DNA of 64,000 bases, from positions 4,904,702 through 4,968,701 of the forward strand of contig NC_057758.1 in assembly GCF_004010195.1 (NCBI RefSeq). Direction: 5' to 3'. The notes below the pieces were generated by a model. It ran no database searches. It was not told the origin of the DNA and saw only the letters and a program-made list of their open reading frames with translations. The number at the start of each line of letters is the position of its first letter. Position 1 is the first letter of the stretch. Made by a program: the position numbers and the translations under genes. Shown piece after piece: positions 12,110 to 22,036 of this stretch. Source of the DNA: Chiloscyllium plagiosum (taxonomy: Eukaryota).

Positions 12110-15100
12110 TAGAGAGTGCAGGAAATCCTCAAGGACGAATCTGAAAAGCCAGAGGTGGCGGTACATGTCGGCACAAATGAGGTCGGGAAGAAGAGGAGGA
12201 ACATACTACAGTGGGACTTCGGAGAATTAAGAAGAAGGCTGAAAAGCAGGACGTCTCCGGTTTGTTTCCAGTTCCTCGTGCTGGTGAGGCCAGAAACAGG
12301 GAGATAATGAACTTGAACGTGTGGCTGGGGAAATGGTGCAGGAAGCAAGAATTTAAATTCTTGGATCNNNNNNNNNNNNNNNNNNNNNNNNNNNNNNNNN
12401 NNNNNNNNNNNNNNNNNNNNNNNNNNNNNNNNNNNNNNNNNNNNNNNNNNNNNNNNNNNNNNNNNNNNNNNNNNNNNNNNNNNNNNNNNNNNNNNNNNNN
12501 NNNNNNNNNNNNNNNNNNNNNNNNNNNNNNNNNNNNNNNNNNNNNNNNNNNNNNNNNNNNNNNNNNNNNNNNNNNNNNNNNNNNNNNNNNNNNNNNNNNN
12601 NNNNNNNNNNNNNNNNNNNNNNNNNNNNNNNNNNNNNNNNNNNNNNNNNNNNNNNNNNNNNNNNNNNNNNNNNNNNNNNNNNNNNNNNNNNNNNNNNNNN
12701 NNNNNNNNNNNNNNNNNNNNNNNNNNNNNNNNNNNNNNNNNNNNNNNNNNNNNNNNNNNNNNNNNNNNNNNNNNNNNNNNNNNNNNNNNNNNNNNNNNNN
12801 NNNNNNNNNNNNNNNNNNNNNNNNNNNNNNNNNNNNNNNNNNNNNNNNNNNNNNNNNNNNNNNNNNNNNNNNNNNNNNNNNNNNNNNNNNNNNNNNNNNN
12901 NNNNNNNNNNNNNNNNNNNNNNNNNNNNNNNNNNNNNNNNNNNNNNNNNNNNNNNNNNNNNNNNNNNNNNNNNNNNNNNNNNNNNNNNNNNNNNNNNNNN
13001 NNNNNNNNNNNNNNNNNNNNNNNNNNNNNNNNNNNNNNNNNNNNNNNNNNNNNNNNNNNNNNNNNNNNNNNNNNNNNNNNNNNNNNNNNNNNNNNNNNNN
13101 NNNNNNNNNNNNNNNNNNNNNNNNNACCAGGGTGAAGGCAATTCTGGATCTGGTATTGTGCAACGAACCAGAATTGATCAGGGACCTCGAAGTGAAGGAG
13201 CCATTGGGAAGTAGTGACCATAATACAATAAGCTTCAATCTGCAATTTGAGAGGGAGAGGGTACAATCGGAAGTGATAATATTTCTGTTGAATAAAGGGA
13301 ACTATGGAGCTATGAGGGAGGAGCTGGCCAAAGTTCAATGGTGCAATACCTTAGCAGGGATGACAGTGGAGGAACAATGGCAGATATTTCTGTGTATAAT
13401 GCAGAAGATGCAGTTCATTTCCAAAAGGAAGAAAGATCCTAGGAGAAGGCATGGGTGACCGTGGCTGACGAGGCAAGTTAAGAAACATATAAAGTTAAAA
13501 GAGAAAAAGGATAACATAGCAAAGATAAATTGGAAAACGGAGGACTGGGAAGCTTTTAAAGAACAAAAGAGGATTACTAAGAAGGAAATACGCAGAGAAA
13601 AAATGAGGTACGAAGGTAAACTGGCCAAAAATATGCAGGAGGATGGTAAAAGCTTTTTTAGGTATATGCAAGGCAAAAAAATGTTTAAGACTAAAATTCG
13701 GCCCTTGAAGACAGAAACAAGGGAATATATTTCGGGGAACAAAGAAATGGCAGAAGAATTGAATTGGTACTTCAGATCTGTGTTCACTGGGGAAGACACA
13801 AGCAATCTTCCTGAGGGAACAGCGGCTGAAGGACCTGAACTTAATGGAATTTATATTTGCCAGGAAATGGTTTTGGTGAGACTGTTAGGTCTGAAGGTTG
13901 CTAAGTCCCCGGGGCCTGATGGTCTATATCCCAGGGTACTGAAGGAGGTGGCTCGAGAAATCGTGGATGGGTTGGTGATTATTTTCCAGAGTTCGATAGA
14001 TTCTGGATCAGTTCCGGCGGATTGGAGGGTGGCTAATGCTGTACCACCTTTTAAGGAAGATGGGAGAGAGAAAGCAGGAAATTATAGGCCGGTTAGTCTG
14101 ACATCAGTGGTGGGAAAGATGCTGGAGTATAGTATAAAGGATGAAATTACGACACATCTGGATAGTAGTAACAGGATAGGTCAGAGTCAGCATGGATCTA
14201 TGAAGGGGAAATCACGCTTGACTCATCTTCTGGAATTTTTTGAGGATGTAACTCTGAAAATGGATGAGGGAGATCCAGCAGATGTATTGTATCTGGACTT
14301 TCAGAAAGTTTTTGATAAAGTCCCACATAGGAGGTCAGTGTGCAAAATTAGGGCGCATGGTATTAGGGACAAAGTAAAACCTTGGATTGAAAGTTGGTTG
14401 GCTGACAGGAAACAAAGAGTAGTGATAAACGGCTCCATTTCGGAATGACAGGCAGTGACCAGTGGGATATCGCAGGGATCAGTGCTGAGACCGCAGCTTT
14501 TTACAATATATATTAATGATATAGAAGAGGGTATTAGTAATAACATTAGCAAATTTGCTGATGATACTAAGCTGGGTGGCAGGGTGAAATGTGAGGAGGA
14601 TGTTAGGAGATTTCAGGGTGACCTGGACAGGTTAGGTGAGTGGTCAGACGCATGTCAGATGCAATTTAACGTGGATAAATGTATGGTTATCCACTTTGGT
14701 GGCAAGAACAGGAAGGCAGATTACGACCTAAGTAGAATCAATTTATTTAACGGGACAGTACGAAGAGATTTGGGTGTTCTTGTACACCAGTCAATGAAGG
14801 TAAGCATGCAGATACAGCAGGTATTGAGGAATTCTAATAGCATGCTGGCCTTCACAACAAGGGGGATTGAGTATACAAGCGAAGAGGTTCTTCTGCAGCT
14901 GTACAGGGCCCTGGTGAGACCACACCTGGAGTATTGTGTGCAGTTCTGGTGTCCAAATTTGAGGAAAGACATTCTGGCTGTTGAGGGAGTGCAGCGTAGG
15001 TTCAAGAGGTCAATTTCTGGAATGGTGGGACTACCTTATGCTGAAAGACTGGAGCGACTGGGCTTGTATACCCTTGAGTTTAGAAGACTGAGAGGGGATC

Positions 15101-15497
15101 TGATTGAGACATATAAGATTATTAAAGGATTGGACACTCTAGATGCAGCAAACATGTTTCTGCTGATGGGTGAGTGCCGAACAAGGGGGCACAGCTTAAA
15201 AATACGGGCTAGACCATTTAGGACAGAGATAAGGAGAAACTTCTTCACCCAGAGAGTGGTCGCTGTGTGGAATGCTCTGCCCCAGAGGGCAGTGGAGGCC
15301 CAGTCTCTGGATTCATTTAAGGAAGAGTTGGATAGAGCTCTCAAGGATAGTGGAATCAAGGGTTATGGAGATAAGGCAGGAACAGGATACTGATTAAGGA
15401 TGATCAGCCATGATCATATTGAATGGTGGTGCAGGCTCGTAGGGCAGAATGGCCTACTTCTGCACCTATTGTCTATTGTCTTTTGTCTAATATTGTC
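12110..15497 (+). mobile_element. Relatively young 5'-truncated CR1 LINE inserted into the Gypsy element
   Basis: ORF1 esterase VHVGTNE at ~12160. ORF2 runs in one frame from ~13126 to 15393 with APE end (LGSSDHN), RT (YRPVSLTS, YLDFQKVFDKVPH, QGSVL, FADD) and CR1 C-terminus. Only two premature TGA codons (13456, 14446). Ends in a (TATTGTC)n tail. Confidence 0.95.
12368..13125. other. Assembly gap within the CR1
   Basis: N run. Confidence 1.
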
Positions 15498-17564
15498 TGC
15501 CTCGTTTTCTGAATTTGCATCAACAAAGGGATATGATATTGTCTCGACTTTCTGTTGTAAATCCATTAGACTTTCAGGAATAAACACTTCTGTCTGACCA
15601 TCTGCAAATGGAGACTTTTCGTGTACCAACACGTCATACATGGTGTCTGCTAACTGAACCTCAACTCCTTCATCTTTCGCATTACTTTTTGCTTCGTGTT
15701 GTGACTTATTACAGTGCGATTTTATTACTAAACAGTCTTGGAAAGTGACAGGCTTTTTTTTTCTTTGGACTAATCAGTTCTCCACATTAATCCCACCTTG
15801 ATCCTATGTATCGCTTTGAAGAACCAAGTAATCTCCGTCAATCACTCCCACTGTTACTTTCCCAGTCTTGAATTGGCACCGCAACCTGGTATTACGGAGG
15901 TCAGTCGGTGAATTCCTGTCGACAAATTACCACTGTCTCGTGTAACAGGTCAAAAAGAGTGCAAAACCGTTCTACTATGATTATTAGAGACCGGTTAGAT
16001 CTTATATGTCTCAAATAACCCTTTCTTCCCTTCTCCCCAGTTCTGGGTAAGTAATTGTTACCCAAAGAGACGAATTCTTGACAGATTAAGTAAACTCTTC
16101 ATACTTCGTACTAACAACGTAACTGGCTCCTGCCAAGTTTTTGCACTCTCCTGCAGCTCCTTAACTTTTCTTGTGGTTTCCTTTACTACTTTCAGTAATG
16201 CCACTGGCGTAGCCTCCTTTCCCACATCTTTTCACGCAGTGCCTTTATTTAACGACCAGCACTGTGACTTTATGTGTCCCACGTTAAAATAGGCGAAATG
16301 CCTGAGGACCTTCAACTCCTTTCCACCCTCTTGAGTTTCTTTTTTCACCTGTGGTAAACAATTACCAGTGTTTTATAATCTTTGTTTCGTAGCGTAGGAT
16401 CTCCAGTTCTCCCGATTTTTATCCCTCACAGGGTGAACTTCCTGCCAGAAACTAATCTTTGCCTCATGCAGCAATGTATACCTGCCATCACCGCTGCTCT
16501 TCTCACTTCCTAAGCTTCCTGTATATCCAAGTAAATCTTTATTAACTCTGGAAGTGAGTTTTTAAACTCGTCCAGCACAATACTCTCTTTTAGAGCCTCA
16601 TAGGTCTAATCTATGTTAAAGGCCTGCACCCACCTATCAAAATGACAATGTTTAATTCTTTCAAAATCAACTTACGTCTGACCTGGTTCCTTTTGTATGT
16701 TTCTGAACCGCTGTCTGTATGCTTCTGGTACCAATTCGTAAGCTCTCAAAATAGCCTGTTTGACTTCTTAATATTCTATTAAGTCCTTATCTGACAGCGC
16801 TGCAAATACCTCACTAGCTGTGCCTATCTGTTCAGTCTGAACAAGAATTACGCACAAGTCTTCTGACCGCTCCATCTTGCTAATTTTTCAAATCAAATAA
16901 AGTCTTTGTCATCTTTCTCGTCGAATTGTGACGTTGTTTTAACATACTGTATATATCACCACCATCTGTCCTAATTTCCATCCTGTCAACTTGACTTTCC
17001 TAAGTCGCAACGTCTGACGTCTTATATTTCTCTGCATTTATCCTTCTTTCCTCTCTTTTTCTCTCTCCCTTTCTTCTCCCTCTTTTTGCTCAGCTAATAA
17101 CATTCGCTCTCTTTTTCCTCTCTCGCTATTTCTTTTGCCTCTCTTTCTCTTTCTTATACCTCCATTTTTCTTTCTCTCTCCATTTCTTTACCTTTTAAAT
17201 CCACATGTTTGTTTCTCTGACAATCTGAAGTGTTTGAGTAATTCCCTTTCAATTTCAGCTTTACTGTTTTTCCTTGGTTAAGCACATTTCTAACCTCATT
17301 CCTGATTCTAAAATTACGGTCTTTTCTTTTGTTTATAAACATTCTTTGCAAATCTGGGAATCATCTTCAAACACGGGAAATTCTTCAGCAATTTGAAGAG
17401 CGATTTCTCCCACATTTAATTTGATCAGCTACAAATAACTGATATTAAAAACAATACTACAACTAACACTTTGTGCATACCGTCAGACACATGATAAGTG
17501 TTTGCCAGCTTTTCAACTTTCACTCTCTCTTAAAAGTACAGTACAGGCCTTCAACTTCATAACA
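15498..17564 (-). mobile_element. Gmr1-like Gypsy LTR retrotransposon, 5' part: possible LTR remnant, Gag with SCAN-like capsid domain and Zn knuckle, decayed protease region
   Basis: Possible LTR start TGTTATGAAG at 17564. E/R/K-rich coiled region ~17200-17040. VKQAILRAYELVPEAYRQRFR (PEAYRQRFR = 16728-16702). IVLDEFKNSLPE ~16580. Knuckle remnant GHIKSQCW ~16280-16255. The LTR and protease calls are weaker than the Gag call. Confidence 0.8.
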
Positions 17565-17686
17565 GCACGGTGTGTGCTTCCTGCATGCCGAAGTGCCTTT
17601 ACTGATCATCTGTGGCCTCTCATCTGACAGTCATAGAAAGTGAAACGCACTAAATTGGTTTTGCTTCACTTTTTTTAAACTCTGAT

Positions 17687-18589
17687 TTATTTTTTAAGCA
17701 ATTTTGTTGCGAGTGAAACTGGATATTTGAACACATTCTTCATCTGATCCCTGAATTTGTTCAATGTCACGGTATAAATACAAATGTTAGTACAGTAACT
17801 CGTGAGCTGGCAGATGTGTCCAATTTCTGCCACAAAATAATGGAGATAGATTGCCTTCAGCCCCAATCGCCACATTCTTTTCCATATTGAATGGAGCATA
17901 AAGGCTGCCCATGACATTACAAAATTGGCTGAAATGAGAAACAACAAGATTATGGACTTTCTTCGAGTCTCCATTTTTCTTTCTGTGGCATTTTCCCCTC
18001 TGCTGAGAGTTTTGAGTCTCCTGCGAGCTCTGTTGGCCATTATGATACGCCTGACACAAACAGCATTGAACAGTATAGTCAAAAGAATTGCCAAACATGG
18101 GGTTAGAAGATGATGCATGATTTCGAATGTTCCCCAAAAATGAGATAGTCCACCACCTGATCTTACCTTACAAAACCAAGGGAGGTTCTTGAGCTGATAT
18201 TGACCAGTTAACATAAAATACCAAAAAAATATTCTTTAAACAGCTCAGTGTTGTCACTATTCCCAAAACGACAGATGCAGTTTTCTCGGTGCAATATTTA
18301 CATTTCAGTTTCTGGCAATAGATGGCCACAAATCGATCAAACGTGAAAGCAACAGTGAACCAGACAGAACAATCCGTGGCTGCATGGACAAGAACAGCAT
18401 GGATGTTGCACACAGGTATGGACTTCACAAACAGAAATTTTACTTTATATACAATTGGAATATGCTTCAGTGTCAGGTCAAGGATGTTGACTACTAGATC
18501 TGCCACTGACATGTAGACCAGATACCGTCCGATGCATTTTGATAGACCACACTTAGCCCGAGAAAGGATTGAAACAGCCAGTACGTTAA
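17687..18589 (-). pseudogene. Exon 2 (end of TM1 to TM7 and stop) of a GPR139-like class A GPCR; one +1 frameshift
   Basis: Acceptor ttcctttcttgcag|TT at 18590/18589. Reads NVLAVSILSRAKCGLSKCIGRYLVYMSVADL..CSVWFTVAFTFDRFVAI..KNIF. The T7 run at 18223-18229 shifts frame into ORF 17687..18214 (PWFC, RRKSIILLF, CTNICIY, KFR). Removing one T gives KNIFWYFMLTG. Confidence 0.9.
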
Positions 18590-19329
18590 CTGCAAGAAAG
18601 GAAATTAACCAGCAAATTAACCAGCACTTGAGAAGTGCTCATTACGTTTGACAGCACATAGAGGAGCAGAGGTCCAGAACAAAGAGACACCACTTGAGAC
18701 AACATGTATGGCATCACTCAATGTTGTGGACCTTTGAATTCCTTGCACAGATTACCTTTAAAGTCAGAGTGTTTTTGTACATTTACGTGATACTGGGCTC
18801 AACATGTTCACCCTCCTACTACCTCCAGATATGCTGTCATGAAGAACAGCCATACTGGACATAAAACAGGTCTCAGGTAAGAATGTTCCAGATGACCAAA
18901 GGGGTCCAGAACCGGGAATGGGGTGCTAGTTGTGGTCACAGTACAAGTTTCGGCATAGGACTGAAATGAAATGTGAACTCCATTTCTCTCTCTCTCTTTC
19001 CACAGATGCTGCCAGACCTGCTGAGCTTCTGGAAGGTTTGTCCTGATATCATCTGTGCCAATGGCCTGAGAGGAAACGTCGCTGGGCGTCACTGAACATT
19101 TCAACGAAGGCAATGTGCCGAAACTGAGCTGATAATCGAAAGAAGACTGGTGGGATGAAGTAAGACTGAAACAGAAACTTTGCTGGTGTGGAACAGCATC
19201 ACAAATGGTGCAGCTAATTCCTTCAGCCCAAAACACTATTCCTAAAGTTTGAATAGGTTTTGGACTTACAAATGTGGTCGTAATGGAGGCAAAGACTGAA
19301 GAGGCATGAGACCTATCTGGCTGAAGAAA

Positions 19330-19438
19330 AACGGTTATGAATTCTTCATTACTCAGAGACTAGTAAAGGTATGGAATGCTTTGCCTGCAACGGTAGTAGA
19401 TTCGCTACCTTTAAGTGCATTTAAGTCGTCATTGGACA

Positions 19439-19476
<38 letters not shown>

Positions 19477-19572
19477 TGGAATGGTGTAGGTTAGATGAGC
19501 TTCAGATTGGTATGACTGGTCAACGCAACATTGAGGGCAGAAGGGACTGTACTGCACTGTCATGCTCTATTT
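19330..19572 (+). mobile_element. CR1 3'-end fragment containing a (TA)n microsatellite (19442-19473)
   Basis: FFITQRLVKVWNALPATVV..FKSSLDKH followed by a CR1-type 3' UTR. Confidence 0.8.
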
Positions 19573-19914
19573 GTTCTGGATTACCCTGTTAAGGGCTGCA
19601 AAAGATTGGGGTTTTCACCAAACTTTGACTCTCTGTTGCATGAGTTTCAACTGAATGTTGGCAGAATGGCCGATGCTCAATCTCACCCATTACTTTGTGA
19701 ATGATTCCGCTTTGTCGCTCGCATGCTACTCGTGCTGTTTGTGAAACAAGTTCTGGATTGCACCACTTCATCAAGCTTGCATCCCATCTTTCAAATTTGC
19801 TTGATTCTGCTCTTGAAGGCCTCATTTAGCCACCTGCTTTAAGCTCGATGTTCGAATGAACGAAGATCACTTCAATGTTCGCGCTGCCATGTCCCAATTT
19901 GAGCTTTTATATTT

Positions 19915-20830
19915 AAAACATAGAACACAGAACAATACAGCGCAGAACAGGTCCTTCAGCCCTCGATGTTGTGCAGACCTGTGACCTATTCTCAGCTCAT
20001 CCCCCTGCACTATCCCCAAATCATCCACGTGCTTATCTAAGGATTGTTTAAATCTCCCTAATGTGGCCAAGTTGACTACATTGGCAGGTAAGGAATCCCA
20101 CGCCCTTATCAACCTCTGAGTAAAGAACCTTCCTCTGACATCTGACTTACATCTATCACCCCTCAATTTGTAATTATGCCCGCTCGTACAAGCTGATGTC
20201 TTCATCCTAGGAAAAACACTTTCGCTGTACACCCTACCTAATCCTCTGATCGTATTGTATGTCTCTATAAAATCCCCTCTTTGCCTTCTTCTTTCCAATG
20301 CGAAGAGACCCAAGTCTCTCAGTCTTTCCTCATAAGACATTCCCTCCAGACCAGGCAACATTCTGGTAAATGTCCTCTGAACCTTTTCCAATACTTCCAA
20401 ATTCTTACTGAAATATGGGGACCAGAACTGTGCACAATATTCAAAGTGTGGCCTCACCAGCGTTTTATATAGTTGCAACATGGTATTGCGGCTCCAGAAC
20501 TCAGTCCCTCATCGAATGAAACCTAACACTCCGTATCGCTTCTTCACAGCACAATCACCCTGGGTGGCAACTTTCAGGGATCTATGTACATGGACGCCAA
20601 GATTCCTCTGCACATCCAAGAATCTTTCCATTGACCCAGGACTCTGCCCTCCTGTTTTTTTCCACAATGCATCACCTCACATTTAGCTGCATTGAACTCC
20701 ATTTGCCACCTCTCAGCCCAATCCTGAAACCTGCAAGATCCATTCCCCACCCTGCTCTATCCATGTCTCCGAAATAGCTCCAACAACGAAGTCCCAGGTA
20801 CCTATCCATGCTGCAAACTCAACTACCTTA
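19915..20830 (-). mobile_element. CR1 3' end fused to an endonuclease N-terminal fragment (large internal deletion or junction at ~20720)
   Basis: ORF 19867..20481 LYKTLVRPHFEYCAQFWSP..FFTQRL. RT end jumps at ~20720 to VVEFAAWIGTWDFVVGAISETW, which matches 53995-54100. Confidence 0.8.
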
Positions 20831-21079
20831 TTGCACCTCCGACTGTTAGAATCTTCAAAGGATACATGTGCAAATTTGAAATTGAACACTTTTCTTTCCA
20901 ATGAATGCCTCCCTGTCCCTTCAATTCCTGTGTTTCTCACTTCCCTGCCTCCATTTGTCCAGATGAATAGATAGGATAATTAAACTAACAGTAATGAACT
21001 GCTGGGCGTCTGAACCGAAAGCAGAAATGGCTGGAGAAACTCGCCAGGTCTGACGGAATCTGGGAGGTGGGGGGTAGGG

Positions 21080-21650
21080 TTAATGGTACAGTCTCTCTCT
21101 GCTGAGCACTGACTCCTCACAGCGCCAGGGACTCCGGTTTGATTCCTTCTTCATGCAACTGTCTGTGTGGAATTTGTATGTTGTTCACGTGTTACCTGGG
21201 TTTCATCTGAGTGCTGAAAATGTGTTGCTGGAAAAACGCAGCAGGTCAGGCAGCATCCAGGGAAAAGGAGAATCGACGTTTCGGGCATAAGCCCTTCTTC
21301 AGGAATATGCCCGAAACGTCGATTCTCCTGTTCCCTGGATGCTGCCTGACCTGCTGCGCTTTTCCAGCAACACATTTTCAGCTCTGATCTCCAGCATCTG
21401 CAGACGTCACTTTCTGCTCAAAGATTTCATCTGAGTGCACCGGTTTCATCCTACAGGCGAAAGATGTGCAGGATAGGCGAACTGGCCATTCTTAATTAAC
21501 CCTGTTTTCAGGGAGTGTCGGTAAGGTGCAATAGTCTGGGGTAAGTGCAGAGTGGTAGGGGAATGGGTCTGGGTGAGTTCCTCTTCAGAGTTTCGGTCTG
21601 GGCTAGTGGGCCAAAGGACCTGTTTCGACACTGTACGGATTGTATTCATC
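21080..21650 (+). mobile_element. HE1/V-SINE-type SINE, interrupted by a PLE mini-element (paralogs ~30845-31192 and ~54338-54685 are uninterrupted)
   Basis: gcactgactcctcacagcgccagggactccggtttgattcc head and ccaaaggacctgtttcgacactgta tail. Confidence 0.8.
21215..21424 (+). mobile_element. Young 210-bp non-coding PLE family 1 mini-element (77-bp inverted repeat + tail) with 14-bp TSD and a minus-strand hammerhead core
   Basis: TSD tttcatctgagtgc at 21201-21214 and 21425-21438. Arms 21213-21289 and 21306-21382 have 2 mismatches. The site is empty in the paralogs at ~30965 and ~54461. Confidence 0.9.
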
Positions 21651-22036
21651 ATGTTTCAGGTCCTGTTTCCAACTTCAGTCATTAGTACTGTTATACCCAC
21701 TCCCTTTTCGGGTGGAGGATTCGGCTGACACCGTTTCATCTCTGCTGATTTTGCAAAGAGCCTGTGGCATTCCCCGACAGAGTCATGCCTCAATTGGGAA
21801 GGCTGCTACCTCGAAGTGGATTGCGAAGAAGAGAAAACATCCGGGAAACAGCACACCAGGTTCGAAAATACGATACATATTTGATGGGGGCGGGGTGGGG
21901 TCAGATTGACATTTTGGACACACTGCCTGCATTCACCGATGTAGTTATTCATTGTATCCACGTTTGACTGTCCACAGAGTTGAGACTAAGGCATTTTCGT
22001 ACTGTTCTAATTTAGCTCTGCAAACGTAATGGCTGT

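Noticed and set aside
9478..13458. Long ORFs rich in X (also at 30.0-30.7, 51.8-52.5 and 55.5-56.1 kb)
   Set aside because: Artefacts of translating through N gaps.
16500..16900. Host SCAN zinc-finger gene
   Set aside because: It has in-frame stops, no C2H2 array, and sits in Gag position between a coiled region and a zinc knuckle of a Gypsy element.
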